Source of the DNA: a virus
IMG/VR virus record: IMGVR_UViG_3300045988_094226
Location: 1 to 41,457 of that record
Length of the DNA stretch: 41,457 nt
Strand: one strand, 5' to 3'
Positions 15,528 to 25,809 of this stretch are shown here, piece by piece. The position numbers and the translations under genes were made by a program. Numbering within the stretch: the first letter of the stretch is position 1; every line of letters begins with the position of its first letter. Below the pieces are notes generated by a model. The model saw nothing but the letters and a program-made list of their open reading frames with translations, ran no database searches and was not told the origin of the DNA.

Positions 15528-16052
15528 TTAGTACACCCCGTATAAAAGAACCATAGACAATCGTTTATCAGCTGGATATGATCCGTAATCCCACGATATG
15601 CTTTTCCCATTTTTTGTTATTGTCGGCATATGATACTCGGTATGAATTGACGGAGTCAATGGCGGTGTTTTTATATTTAGCGGATAATACCACAAATCCC
15701 CATCACTTAATTCGTCGTTAGTAATACTTCCGTTCGTTCCATTGATTTGGACTACTCCGAGATATTTAACCAGCCTGTCGGTAACATCTAATACGCATAC
15801 CCCGTTCTCATCAAAAACTTGTAATCCCTGCGGCATATACCTTATTGTCACCTCTTTCTTAATCCCGTCTTTAACTATGTATCCCTTACTTTCTATCGGT
15901 ACATTTACCGTAATTTCTGTATGACCACCGTTGTCATCAGGCTTTTTCTCCTGCGGCTTTTCTGTGTTGCCTCGTTTCTTCTTTTTCAAGCACGCATACG
16001 CAATGACACCAATAGTCACAACTACAATTAACGCATAGTACATTCTTACCAC
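15528..16052 (-). CDS. Membrane-anchored hypothetical protein (N-terminal TM)
   Basis: YYALIVVVTIGVIAYACL TM followed by a KKKKRG stop-transfer stretch. Confidence 0.4.
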   Translation of the reverse strand: MVRMYYALIVVVTIGVIAYACLKKKKRGNTEKPQEKKPDDNGGHTEITVNVPIESKGYIVKDGIKKEVTIRYMPQGLQVFDENGVCVLDVTDRLVKYLGVVQINGTNGSITNDELSDGDLWYYPLNIKTPPLTPSIHTEYHMPTITKNGKSISWDYGSYPADKRLSMVLLYGVY

Positions 16053-19000
16053 ACTCCCATCCGTACCCTTAACATATTGTTACTGTCATATACTTCAATC
16101 AAGTTGTCTTTGATTTCTGTTCTCGCTCCGCTTGTTTTTGTGCGCAACGTGCCGATATTTGCGGTAATCGCCGATAACGACGTAACCGCCAATTTATCAG
16201 CCGTAATCGCTTTTGCCGCAAGCATGCGGCTCACAATGACGTTGTTATCAAAGACGGTCTGCCCTGTGACGTGCAGATACTTGCCCGCAATCGTCGTAGT
16301 CGTCGGCGACAAGTTGATCTGATTGACAACATCGCCTTTCTGCACTCGTAGATTGATAGCGTCTGTCATCTGAGCGATGGCACTGTAATTCGCTTTTGCA
16401 AGCATGAGATTTCCGAGATTTGAGACAATGGTCGTTACGTCTTGCTTTGCGATTGCGCCCGCTTCGAGCTTCTGCTTGATTAAGTTATCGACTTTCGCAA
16501 GACTAACCACCTCATCCTCAAGCATTTCTTTAGAGATTGAGACTTTAACGACTACGCGGCTTTCTCCGGATTTCTCACCTTCTCCGAACAGGTCATAGTA
16601 AGCGATAGATACATCATAGATTCCTGCACCACAGGTATAGCTGTAGCTGTTGTTTTCGGTCTTAATTGTCTTCTGCCCGTCAGTGCCGCTGATGTAAATG
16701 TTCATCCCGGCGCAGTCTTTCGGAATCGCTTCTGCTGTCAGCCCGAAACCGCCGATTGTACTTGTAAGCGCTGGCTGATTAGGTTTTTTCGGTACCGGCT
16801 TGTTATACTGCAAAATAGCGGGCGCAGAGTATTTGCCGATGGCTGATTTTGCGTACAGATACAGTTTCCCGCTCCGTTCTGTCAGCGGCAGTATCGCCGA
16901 CAGGTTGTTTGTCCGTGCTAACAGCCCAGACGTTTCAGCGCCTGCGTTCTCATCTGTTCGGATCTCGTAAAACGCAACGTCGGTATTCGTGACTTCTTTC
17001 CAGCTGGCCGTGCACGCTGTTCCAAAATCTATGCCGAATTCGTCAGGTGTGTTCGGGATTTCCGTCTTAAGTGCGACAAGGATCTTCAGCTGTGGAGATG
17101 TATCCGGGCTTGTACTTTCACCCCATTCGTCTTTTGTGCAGACCGCAATCAGGTAGGTATCCCCGACGATTGCCTGCGGAATGACGACTTGGTCTTTTCC
17201 GCTTCCGCCGAATGTCCACTCGCCATTGAATCCGAGTTCAGAGCCTTTGGTGCCCTCTTTGATAACGAGATCTTTTGCCTGTGCGTTGCTGGTCTTATAC
17301 CACACATCACCCTGCATGTAACTCTGCAGTTCCGGCGGCGTCCAGTTTATGACAATGTCATAACGAGACACGCCATCCGTGAGCTGCCTGTAACGGTTAT
17401 ATGCGGTTAAATTCGTAACCGACGGTATGTAGTACGGCGTGAGTGTGTACTCGTAAGCTCTAACTTCGGACAAATCTTGATTGCCTGCGCCGAAGATGTT
17501 ATATGAGCAGAATTTCAGATAAATCTTTTTACCGATGTCATCTTTCGTGAACGGTACTTTAAATACTGAATTGTCAAGACGGACAAAGTCTGTATCTTTA
17601 GCATGCATTCTTATCGTCGTATTGCACTGACCGCGGTATAACCCGGACAGCAGCCACGCACCGTTTGACTGCAAATTAGCGTTGATGTAACTCATGCACT
17701 CGCCGTCTATCCAGCATAATGTATTCTTGCGTTCTGCGTCCTGCGGCGTACCGCTAAGCAATTGATCGTTACACGTCACAAATACTTGATTACCAGACGG
17801 GTGATTCGGCATCGGTGACAGCGGCTGTGTTAATTTACCGCATCGCGCGGATCCTGCAATTTGCCCGACTGTTCGATAGTTTGTGTTGTCGTCAGAGACG
17901 TACACGGTACATCCGCCCCAGCCCTCAGTTTTACCTTTAGCAGCAATCCAGAGCTCCAGTCCGTCTGCGGTAAGATCTGCAGGCGGTTGAAAAATAATCG
18001 GCACAGTGTCGGGTGCGGTTTTGTTGTAATCAATATACGGACGATCGTTTGCGTGTACGTTGTACTTCGCCGCAGGATAGTCTCCCGGTGCTCTTGATAT
18101 GGCCGTTACCGTCAGACATCCGTCGGTGCCCTCTGTGATACCGTTAATGACTGCGACCTGCTCAAAGATACCCGAATTTTTATCGGTCAGCCGCACTAAA
18201 TCGCCGACTTCTAAACGACACAGGCTCCAGTCGAGTTTAAATGTGTATTGCGTTCTCTCGTACTTATTGTTTCTTGCCAACTGTTCAGCAATTTTAACTG
18301 CCCGTTCTTTCGTGTAGACATAATGAGCATTCGTTACGCTGGCAGCTCTTACGCCGTAGTTCTTGATGTCTTCGGTGAATTCGTAGCTGACGGATTCTTT
18401 TTCGTAGCCGTTCGCGCGATTAATGAACTCAACCGGGAATTGATTGTAAATCGCAGAGCTGTCTTTTCTTTTATACGTTACAAGAGCCCCGCCAGTCTGC
18501 GGCAGGAAATCATCCAACGTCAAATCTGTAATACCTGTTTTATCCGGTGTCCAGTTCCCTACCGGTCTATCTGCCAGCGGTACGATCTTCAGCTTGTCAT
18601 TGCTCCAAAACACATACGCATTGGTCAGTTTTGCAATTTCATTTACGACTTCCCGGGCGGCTTTTGCGTCTTCGTCTGGCGGAGAGGAAATTAAAAGGTC
18701 GGCCTCTTTACAGTATTTTCTGTAGTTGTCCAGCCCGATGATCTGCATGTCTTTTTTACCGATTTTGTCAAGTACGTATCTGATATAGTCTGCCGGATTA
18801 ACATCGACACCATCTCCGGTCTCTAATAGCCTGCCTTTGACCTCAAAATTGTACGACGGCATCGAGCCCGAATCACCTAAATCGATAACGCCCGCCATGT
18901 ACGCCAATCCCGGATACGGTAATGCCTTATCTGGATGTTTACCCTGCGTGTATGCCCAGGGCTGCTGATTTTCTTTTCCATTAAACATTGTCAGCTGAAT

Positions 19001-19321
19001 GTCCTCTGCCGGATAATCGTGTACATTTTTTCCAATCCACACTTTTCCGATCCCAGCAATTGGCCCTTCGCAAAGTCCTAAAATGACCGCTACCGTGTAG
19101 GTGTAGGTAATGCTGACTTGCTTAGACTTGCCACCTTTCCCCGCTTTATGCGTTTCGCGGTGTTCGTGAGCGGTGAAATCATCATAGTAAATTACATTTC
19201 CCGCAGTTCGTACTGTACCGATGATTTCCGGTACGACGGCTCCGTATTCTGCGGTGTTGACAGTAAATTCACTTATCTTATTTGCCCGTGTTGTCGTTGT
19301 TCTTCCGCGAAAAAAGCTCAT
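16046..19321 (-). CDS. Large tail/host-specificity protein (gpJ or RcGTA g15-like, Phage-tail_3 type) with a C-terminal coiled-coil fibre region
   Basis: 1091 aa. Positioned after the NlpC/P60 gene. N-terminal KISEFTVNTAEYGAVVPEIIG pattern is typical of this family. Confidence 0.65.
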   Translation of the reverse strand: MSFFRGRTTTTRANKISEFTVNTAEYGAVVPEIIGTVRTAGNVIYYDDFTAHEHRETHKAGKGGKSKQVSITYTYTVAVILGLCEGPIAGIGKVWIGKNVHDYPAEDIQLTMFNGKENQQPWAYTQGKHPDKALPYPGLAYMAGVIDLGDSGSMPSYNFEVKGRLLETGDGVDVNPADYIRYVLDKIGKKDMQIIGLDNYRKYCKEADLLISSPPDEDAKAAREVVNEIAKLTNAYVFWSNDKLKIVPLADRPVGNWTPDKTGITDLTLDDFLPQTGGALVTYKRKDSSAIYNQFPVEFINRANGYEKESVSYEFTEDIKNYGVRAASVTNAHYVYTKERAVKIAEQLARNNKYERTQYTFKLDWSLCRLEVGDLVRLTDKNSGIFEQVAVINGITEGTDGCLTVTAISRAPGDYPAAKYNVHANDRPYIDYNKTAPDTVPIIFQPPADLTADGLELWIAAKGKTEGWGGCTVYVSDDNTNYRTVGQIAGSARCGKLTQPLSPMPNHPSGNQVFVTCNDQLLSGTPQDAERKNTLCWIDGECMSYINANLQSNGAWLLSGLYRGQCNTTIRMHAKDTDFVRLDNSVFKVPFTKDDIGKKIYLKFCSYNIFGAGNQDLSEVRAYEYTLTPYYIPSVTNLTAYNRYRQLTDGVSRYDIVINWTPPELQSYMQGDVWYKTSNAQAKDLVIKEGTKGSELGFNGEWTFGGSGKDQVVIPQAIVGDTYLIAVCTKDEWGESTSPDTSPQLKILVALKTEIPNTPDEFGIDFGTACTASWKEVTNTDVAFYEIRTDENAGAETSGLLARTNNLSAILPLTERSGKLYLYAKSAIGKYSAPAILQYNKPVPKKPNQPALTSTIGGFGLTAEAIPKDCAGMNIYISGTDGQKTIKTENNSYSYTCGAGIYDVSIAYYDLFGEGEKSGESRVVVKVSISKEMLEDEVVSLAKVDNLIKQKLEAGAIAKQDVTTIVSNLGNLMLAKANYSAIAQMTDAINLRVQKGDVVNQINLSPTTTTIAGKYLHVTGQTVFDNNVIVSRMLAAKAITADKLAVTSLSAITANIGTLRTKTSGARTEIKDNLIEVYDSNNMLRVRMGVW

Positions 19322-19770
19322 CGTCTCACCTTCTTTTTGTTAAATCGGTATATGCCGCGCAGGCGGCTTCTGCCCTTCGCGTCGGAAAACATTACGTCGG
19401 AAAGGTCCGTCATGACTACGCCGCGGTCTATATAAGCGTGAATAACACGTCCTTTTCCGACATAGACGGCACCGTGGGAAATGCACCGTCCGAATTGATA
19501 CAGCAGGAAATCCCCGGGCTGCATGTCTTCTACTTCATCGCAGTATTTTTGTACGTAACTCAAAAACCACTCTTCGCTGTGATGCAAGTGCCATTCATTG
19601 CTGTACGGTTCGATCGGGATACTGTCTTTTTTCAGCAGTCCCGCATCTTCTACGCAGCCCACCAGGAGCATGCCGCAGTCTACTCCGCGGCCTTTTACCT
19701 TTGCGCCGTTGATATGCGGTGTGCCTAGCCACGCTGCAGCAGCTTTCGCTATTTTCTCGCCGGATGTCAT
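19318..19770 (-). CDS. Phage cell-wall peptidase, NlpC/P60 family (gpK or RcGTA g14-like)
   Basis: Catalytic Cys in GVDCGMLL and His in ISHGAVYVG. 150 aa. Confidence 0.7.
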   Translation of the reverse strand: MTSGEKIAKAAAAWLGTPHINGAKVKGRGVDCGMLLVGCVEDAGLLKKDSIPIEPYSNEWHLHHSEEWFLSYVQKYCDEVEDMQPGDFLLYQFGRCISHGAVYVGKGRVIHAYIDRGVVMTDLSDVMFSDAKGRSRLRGIYRFNKKKVRR

Positions 19771-20348
19771 AAGAGCACCTCTCTTCTCGGTACGAACGGC
19801 GCAATCAGCGTCGCGGCGTCGGTTTCTTTACTGTAAATAACGCCGTCAGCATTCGTCGTGTAGCTTCCCTGCGGGTAGTACCTGCGTACTGGAAACTCCA
19901 TGTTCAGCCCCTGTGTTTCAGCTTTGACAGACAGTTCAATCTTGATACCTCCCGCAGATTTGACCTCAACATTTCCGCCGAACAGGTCAATTGCGCCGAC
20001 AACTGATTGATCGCGGAAGAAGCATCTCCGGAGGTACAATTTAGCTCTATCCAGCGCCCCATTATGAGCTGCCTGCAAAAACGGCAATCCTTCCAGTTTG
20101 TCATTGATATCGGCTTGTACTGTAACGGTCATTGTATCAACTACAACGCAATCGTGGATCTTGACTTGCTGCCGTTTAATCAAAAGTGCGTTATGCAAGT
20201 ACAAATTGCCGCTAAAAGAAATATCCATGTCGGTGTCCGCATAATAATATTTATTGCCATTAAATAAGACAAGCTCATACAAGTCACACGATGTTATGTT
20301 CTTTTCCGTTTCTAAGTATATTTTTAACGATTCATTCACTGTTTTCAT
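19767..20348 (-). CDS. Minor tail protein (DUF2163/RcGTA g13-like position)
   Basis: Gene-order inference. ORF track, 193 aa. Confidence 0.4.
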   Translation of the reverse strand: MKTVNESLKIYLETEKNITSCDLYELVLFNGNKYYYADTDMDISFSGNLYLHNALLIKRQQVKIHDCVVVDTMTVTVQADINDKLEGLPFLQAAHNGALDRAKLYLRRCFFRDQSVVGAIDLFGGNVEVKSAGGIKIELSVKAETQGLNMEFPVRRYYPQGSYTTNADGVIYSKETDAATLIAPFVPRREVLL

Positions 20349-20914
20349 CGTACAGTCACCATTTTAAATGTCTTCGACTTGTTAAAATCAACAAAAATGT
20401 TCTCTGTTTCTATGCCGTCATCAGCAAGCATAACCTTCCAGTAATACGTGTAATCCGCGGTTATTTTAGCGGTATTTGACGGAGCAGTTTTGAATTTCAC
20501 TGTCCCGCCGGTAACTGTATATGCGTCGCTTGCTTGTTTCACGCCGTCTACATATACCGTCACTTTTTCGATATACTCGACCGGCTCTACATAGTCGCCC
20601 ATTTTCATGACCGCCTGATAAATTCCATTTGCGATCAGTGGCAGCTGTATTCCTTTTTCTTCATAGTCTTCCGGGTCGAGCCACAAAAAAGGAGTATGAG
20701 CGCCCTTTAAGAGCGCCGCAAACCCCATTAATTTTCTTGCTTCTGCGTTGGTCAGCTCGATAAGTTTCGCCGTAATAGTCCATTCGGGATACAATTGATT
20801 TGTCAGTGTGCGGACTTTCCCGCTTCCCGATTTCTGTACTTGCGTGTTCCACTTTTGCGTTTTAGTACTTGAGTATGCTAACTTCCGCAATTCCGGGAAT
20901 TTTTTAATTATCAT
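20345..20914 (-). CDS. Distal tail protein (DUF2460/RcGTA g12-like position)
   Basis: Gene-order inference. ORF track, 189 aa. Confidence 0.4.
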   Translation of the reverse strand: MIIKKFPELRKLAYSSTKTQKWNTQVQKSGSGKVRTLTNQLYPEWTITAKLIELTNAEARKLMGFAALLKGAHTPFLWLDPEDYEEKGIQLPLIANGIYQAVMKMGDYVEPVEYIEKVTVYVDGVKQASDAYTVTGGTVKFKTAPSNTAKITADYTYYWKVMLADDGIETENIFVDFNKSKTFKMVTVR

Positions 20915-23403
20915 CCGAATACCCCGCTCTCTGACGCAAAACCTTGCGAATCGTCAAAAAGAAACTGCTTTATCTTATCGCCGTAGCTCTCACGCAGTAA
21001 ATCGAAAAAGTTTGCCGGATCCAGAGCGCTGACATTGAAATTAACCTGATTATGCGTTGTTTGTACGTGTTCTTGCTTATCATCTATCCCCAGCAAGTCC
21101 GAGAAAATGCCTTTTCTAAGCGGGATAACAGCTTCATCATTTTTTCCCTCGCCCATCAGTGCAAACGTCGGAGCTGTAATGATGCCGCCTGATGCGAACG
21201 CGCTAAATCCCATTGCAGATGTCATTGCTGTCGGAACCGCAGCAGCGGCGCGTACGGCTGATCCGGGATGGGCTGTTTCGTAAGCAGTGGCAAGCGCTAT
21301 GGCCGTAGGCAGTTCCGCCGCTATTTGTGCTTTTTTAGCAAGAGCATCTTTCGTTCCGAGTGCTTTCGATAACGCAGACGCCGCCAGCCGTTTCACTTGC
21401 CACTGGATAAACATCTGTATAATCTGTTTCGCAATATTCCCAAAAACCGCTGCTAAATTTTTGCCATTGACTATAGCATCTGCTATGCCACTCGCCAAGC
21501 TGTCTTTCAGCACATTTCCGGCATCTATCGCAAAATCCATATACGTCTGTTCCGCTTCCATTCTCCAGTCGTTATACGCCTGCATCATTTCCTGTCTTGT
21601 GTTGTTCTCGGCCATCTCCGTCTCCAACTGCGTCATTCTGGCTTCGTCTTCTGCAGAAAGCCGGCCTTGGAACATTTCAAAAAGAAGAGCATTATGTTCT
21701 TCTTCTATCTGTCTCATTTCTTGATTATATTTTTGCAATGCGTCTTTTTGCTGTGATAGAGCGTTGTTTTTTATCGACAGTGCCTCATCTTCTGTTTTTT
21801 TAAGCAATTCAAGCCGTTCTTCTTCCGTTTTACGGATGATGTCTGCTGCTTTCTCATTTCCGGCTTCTTCGGCTTGTATTCTCGCCGATTTAGCGTCTTC
21901 ATATGCTTGCCGTACTTTATCTACCTGCTCATCAACTCTCCCAAAAAGAGTGAAGTCGTTGGTTCCTTTAATAGAATTCCAGATGCTCTCGAATTGCTCT
22001 GCTTTTTTCGTAGCATCGTCAAATAGCGCAAGATAATTTCGCGCATCTTCAGCCGATGTATCTCTCTCCTTTTTTTCTGCTTTACCTTTTCCACCACTAG
22101 ATCCGCCGCCGCCACCTCCTCCGCCGCCGCTAAAGTCAATCTGCGAGTTGGCAAGAGACTGTGCGACTTTATCCGCTTCTTCCTGTGCTTTTCTTTGCGC
22201 TTCTGCTATCTTTGCTTCTTGTTCAGCCTTTATAGCTTCTGCCTGGGCGTCGATAGCAGCTTGGTTTTCGGCAGCTAATTGTGCGTTTTCTTCATCCGAT
22301 TTATACGGATTTTGACCTTTGATAAAGACTTCATCTGTTTCTTCACTATAGTCAAACTCTCCGCCGGCGCTCCAGTTATCATATTTCTTGTATGCGCCAT
22401 AAGCCACGGCTCCTACTGCCGCCACCGTGCCCGCGATAGACGCGACATACACCATGGCGGCAGCAGCTCCGCCCGCTGCTATTTTCAGTGCCGTATATGC
22501 CCCTGCAATCCCGTTTATCGCACCGATGAGAGGCCCCGCCAAGGCCATCACTCCGCGTATACCAATAGAAACCGCAGACATCCCTGCCGCCACTTCAAGC
22601 GCGACTACCGCTGCGTGTTTCGCTTCCGGTGATAAATTCGTGAACCATTCTGTCGCGTCTCTTAGTCCGTTTGACATTGCCTGCAATTGCGGAAGCATCT
22701 CCGCCCCGATTGAAACGGCCAGCCCTTTTAATGCCATTTTTGATCTATTCACTTCAAACGTCGCGTCTTCAAACGCCTGTGTCGTCTCATGCGAGAGTAC
22801 AAGCCCTGATTTTTCCGCCGTCTCATATACCGACTGAAACTGGTCTCTTGTCAGATTAAGTAGGTCGTTGAGCTTAGCCCCTGAGCGCCCAAATATCTCC
22901 ATTTCCATTGCGGTTTTCTCTACGCCATTAGCCATAGATCTATGCTTTTCTGTGACGTTCTCTAAGATTTGCTCTGCGGAAAGCAAATGCCCGTTGGTGT
23001 CTAATATTTGAATTCCGAATTTTGTAAAAACATCATTGCTCACACTCCCGGAAGCCGACGCTTTTTCTATAGCTTCTGCCGCGGTGAATGCGGTTTTTGA
23101 CATTTTAGCCATAGCCCCCGACATTTCATCCGTAGCCAGCCCCACGTATTCACCTACAGCCAGCAGACGGCTTGCGCTTTCTCCAGTCATGTTGGTCTTA
23201 TCTTCCAGATCATTGACAGCCGCCGCCCATTCTTTGGCGGAGTTGACCGGAAGCGCTATGGCGCTTATAGACAGAAGTTCCGCTTTGATACTGTTGATCT
23301 TATTCACTGTTGACTGTATCAGTCCTTCGGATTCTTTCAGTCCTTTTCTTAGTCCCGATGTATCCGCTCCCAGTCTGGCAACCAGCGTGCCTACAGTTCC
23401 CAT
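20911..23403 (-). CDS. Tail tape measure protein
   Basis: 830 aa, Ala-rich coiled coil, Gly-run GGGGGGGGSSGG, C-terminal hydrophobic Ala/Gly segments. Confidence 0.85.
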   Translation of the reverse strand: MGTVGTLVARLGADTSGLRKGLKESEGLIQSTVNKINSIKAELLSISAIALPVNSAKEWAAAVNDLEDKTNMTGESASRLLAVGEYVGLATDEMSGAMAKMSKTAFTAAEAIEKASASGSVSNDVFTKFGIQILDTNGHLLSAEQILENVTEKHRSMANGVEKTAMEMEIFGRSGAKLNDLLNLTRDQFQSVYETAEKSGLVLSHETTQAFEDATFEVNRSKMALKGLAVSIGAEMLPQLQAMSNGLRDATEWFTNLSPEAKHAAVVALEVAAGMSAVSIGIRGVMALAGPLIGAINGIAGAYTALKIAAGGAAAAMVYVASIAGTVAAVGAVAYGAYKKYDNWSAGGEFDYSEETDEVFIKGQNPYKSDEENAQLAAENQAAIDAQAEAIKAEQEAKIAEAQRKAQEEADKVAQSLANSQIDFSGGGGGGGGGSSGGKGKAEKKERDTSAEDARNYLALFDDATKKAEQFESIWNSIKGTNDFTLFGRVDEQVDKVRQAYEDAKSARIQAEEAGNEKAADIIRKTEEERLELLKKTEDEALSIKNNALSQQKDALQKYNQEMRQIEEEHNALLFEMFQGRLSAEDEARMTQLETEMAENNTRQEMMQAYNDWRMEAEQTYMDFAIDAGNVLKDSLASGIADAIVNGKNLAAVFGNIAKQIIQMFIQWQVKRLAASALSKALGTKDALAKKAQIAAELPTAIALATAYETAHPGSAVRAAAAVPTAMTSAMGFSAFASGGIITAPTFALMGEGKNDEAVIPLRKGIFSDLLGIDDKQEHVQTTHNQVNFNVSALDPANFFDLLRESYGDKIKQFLFDDSQGFASESGVFG

Positions 23404-23774
23404 TATGCGCCTCCTTTCTTTGCAATTTTCTCTGCAAATTTCATATAGTGTTTCTTTTCGGACAGTAGTTCGTTTTTACTCTTTTCCTTTTTATGCATAA
23501 GCGGTCTCGCTATTTTTTCCGGTGATAAGTTGCTGCTTTTACGCAGATGCGGCGCAATGATCCAATACACAAAATATGCCGTACGCAAATTTAAATCGTC
23601 ACAACGTAGACGATACCCGTCAAACATAGCTTCTATTTCGTGTACCTGCATCTTAACCAATTCACTCGGTTTTATTTTCAGCAGTCCATATGCTGGAACT
23701 TCTACCGCTTCCAGCCATTTCCGCGCCGATATGACCTGCGTTCTGTTTGAATTACTGTCCTTTTTTCGTTTTTT
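23403..23774 (-). CDS. gpGT-like extension reached by programmed -1 frameshift. Slippery heptamers A_AAA_AAC (23774-23768) and A_AAA_AAG (23766-23760) lie near the end of the chaperone gene
   Basis: The -1 frame is open from the slippery sites to 23403. Frame arithmetic is consistent (codon phase 1 to 2 mod 3). Confidence 0.55.
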   Translation of the reverse strand, partial: KKRKKDSNSNRTQVISARKWLEAVEVPAYGLLKIKPSELVKMQVHEIEAMFDGYRLRCDDLNLRTAYFVYWIIAPHLRKSSNLSPEKIARPLMHKKEKSKNELLSEKKHYMKFAEKIAKKGGA

Positions 23775-24100
23775 GGGCGGCCAAATATCCCAGATTCTAC
23801 AATTGCTCTCGCTATCGGTATGGCATAACTCCCTATTCCGATTCCCTTTTCAAGCCCCTGTTCCATAAGTTCATCGATTTTTACTTCTTTTCCTGCGTTT
23901 TTAGCGCAATCCGCGTAGGCAATCGGTAAGATCGTGTAAATCATCTTTAACGTATACTGTCCGTTAATCAACTTGCCCCAGATGTCGACGATCGACTCTC
24001 CTCCCATCATCTCTTCTACTATGATCAAGTCTCCGACGCTGAGCGTCAAATAATCGTTATCGTCTCCAAATAACGGAAACGGTACTGTCTTTTTCATCAT
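23702..24100 (-). CDS. Tail assembly chaperone (gpG-like)
   Basis: Immediately upstream of the tape measure gene. Followed by a -1 frame ORF. Confidence 0.6.
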   Translation of the reverse strand: MMKKTVPFPLFGDDNDYLTLSVGDLIIVEEMMGGESIVDIWGKLINGQYTLKMIYTILPIAYADCAKNAGKEVKIDELMEQGLEKGIGIGSYAIPIARAIVESGIFGRPKNEKRTVIQTERRSYRRGNGWKR

Positions 24101-24104
24101 CTTC

Positions 24105-24145
24105 TCCTTTCAAAGAAAATGACCGCCGGAAATGACGGTCACTTG
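24105..24145 (-). terminator. Terminator-like hairpin after the major tail protein gene
   Basis: TGACCG-N10-CGGTCA followed by ATTTTCTTT on the minus strand. Confidence 0.35.
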
Positions 24146-24146
24146 A

Positions 24147-24602
24147 TTACGGCACTTTAGGTACTTTCGTCAGCGGTCCATTACCGTTGATTGTACAGCT
24201 TAGCGTAGCTGTATCGTCGTGCGGCGTTTCTATGCTGAAATCGGTAACAGATCCCCATCCAGTGAACGCAGATCCGTCCGGGTAAATGAATTTACAGTTG
24301 ACCTCTTTCCCGGTCTCGAATGCCAGCGCCAATGCTTCTGCGCCCTCATCGTCAATAATGACAACGCTCTCCGCTTCCATTGACCATGATCTCAATCCAG
24401 CTTTTGTAACTTTCCATCCTCCAGTGGTTTTATCTGAAGCATCAATTTCATCGGCACTTCTTTTTAAAGATGTGCTTCTCTGCCCGCCAACATTTTTCCA
24501 CACTGGTACTGCGACTGTTCCTGTGTTGACTGCCAGTAAAAATTCCTTACCCAAAGATGCCGATGCCTTATTCGGATTTTCCGGTAATTTTGTAATTGCC
24601 AT
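24147..24602 (-). CDS. Major tail protein
   Basis: Start trimmed to MAITKLPENP (RBS GGAGG, 6-nt spacer). Typical size and position. Terminator follows. Confidence 0.65.
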   Translation of the reverse strand: MAITKLPENPNKASASLGKEFLLAVNTGTVAVPVWKNVGGQRSTSLKRSADEIDASDKTTGGWKVTKAGLRSWSMEAESVVIIDDEGAEALALAFETGKEVNCKFIYPDGSAFTGWGSVTDFSIETPHDDTATLSCTINGNGPLTKVPKVP

Positions 24603-24603
24603 T

Positions 24604-25002
24604 TTATTCCTCCATGTTCTGTACTTTAAAAATAAATGTGATGGTTCCGTGATACCCGTGATCTTCTTCCGCGTAGGATTCAAAGAAATCTACATCAGTT
24701 CCCATTACCCGAAATCCGTCTCCTACGTCATTAAACGGAGCGGCTTGTATCAATGTGATAATGTCATTTGCGATAGAGTTGACTTCTTTTCTTCCTGAAT
24801 AGTCCGACCAGATATCAAGAGAGATAGATGCGTCACATATGTCGTTGATTTTTGTTCCCGTGTCTTTACACGTAAAAAGCCCCATCGTAATGTACGGGGC
24901 TTTAGCTTCTACAGTTACATCATCATAGACATGAATGTCCTGATGCTCTGTGAGCCTTTTGTATAACGCCTTAGCTAATGCGTTAAGTGGTATCCTTTTC
25001 AT
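24604..25002 (-). CDS. Tail terminator/completion protein (DUF3168-like)
   Basis: Position and size. ORF track. Confidence 0.45.
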   Translation of the reverse strand: MKRIPLNALAKALYKRLTEHQDIHVYDDVTVEAKAPYITMGLFTCKDTGTKINDICDASISLDIWSDYSGRKEVNSIANDIITLIQAAPFNDVGDGFRVMGTDVDFFESYAEEDHGYHGTITFIFKVQNMEE

Positions 25003-25484
25003 TTCATTTTATCTACCTCCTGCTTAACAATGTTTTTGACCGATTCCAGATATTCGGGGCGTTCCTGCATATACGACGGTAGCATGAATGGTTTTTTCTT
25101 TGCCCCTGGATGCATGATTTTACCTGAAACCGGATGCCCATTAATTACCATTATTTTTCGTTTTGCACCTTTATCCAGGCTGTGCGGTTTTGTTCCGTAT
25201 TCTACAAGATGAGAATGCGGCGCGGCGCTTATGACGCGCCCGCCCAATTTGCCTTTTGCGAATTTAGCACGTTTCACTTTGATCCTTGATTTGATATCCA
25301 GCTTGCGTCCCGATGAATTGACTCTCGGACCCCGACTTGATACTCTTGCCATCGCTCCACGTTTGATGTTTCGCAAACTCTTGTTAATGGTCTTTTCTAA
25401 CTGAGCTTGAACGTGTCCATCGAACATCCAGTAATTTGCCACAACCGCTTTAGCCTCTTTGACGTCAATCTCTATGTCTCCCAT
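24999..25484 (-). CDS. HK97 gp10-family tail component
   Basis: Position and size. ORF track, 161 aa. Confidence 0.5.
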   Translation of the reverse strand: MGDIEIDVKEAKAVVANYWMFDGHVQAQLEKTINKSLRNIKRGAMARVSSRGPRVNSSGRKLDIKSRIKVKRAKFAKGKLGGRVISAAPHSHLVEYGTKPHSLDKGAKRKIMVINGHPVSGKIMHPGAKKKPFMLPSYMQERPEYLESVKNIVKQEVDKMK

Positions 25485-25485
25485 G

Positions 25486-25806
25486 TTATTTTCTCTTCAT
25501 GATTTCTCTTACTTGCATAACCGTCGCATAGTCATAGCCGTCATAAGCATGCAAGACTTCATACTCTTTTCCTTCACATGCTAATTTTGCCCCGGTTAAT
25601 TCGTCTTTCAACCGCCGGATAACAACTTCATAAATGAGTTCCGAAGACGGCGCCGCTTGTATAATTTGCGATGATGCTCTCGGTACTTTGATGCTGCCCC
25701 ATACTGTGTGTTTGACAATCCACTTTCTTGTTCGCCCGCCTTGTTCGTCCGGTATATCTACCGGTAGCATGATCCGGATACGCTTATTGAGCTTCCCGAT
25801 ATTCAT
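25486..25806 (-). CDS. Head-tail adaptor/head closure protein (SPP1 gp16-like)
   Basis: Position. 106 aa. Confidence 0.55.
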   Translation of the reverse strand: MNIGKLNKRIRIMLPVDIPDEQGGRTRKWIVKHTVWGSIKVPRASSQIIQAAPSSELIYEVVIRRLKDELTGAKLACEGKEYEVLHAYDGYDYATVMQVREIMKRK

Positions 25807-25809
25807 ACT

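Noticed and set aside
22080-22145. GC-rich GGCGGCGG repeats in the tape measure gene, as a possible slippery or variable tract
   Set aside because: They encode an in-frame poly-Gly/Ser linker (GGGGGGGGSSGG) with the ORF intact. They are not homopolymeric and no frameshift is present.
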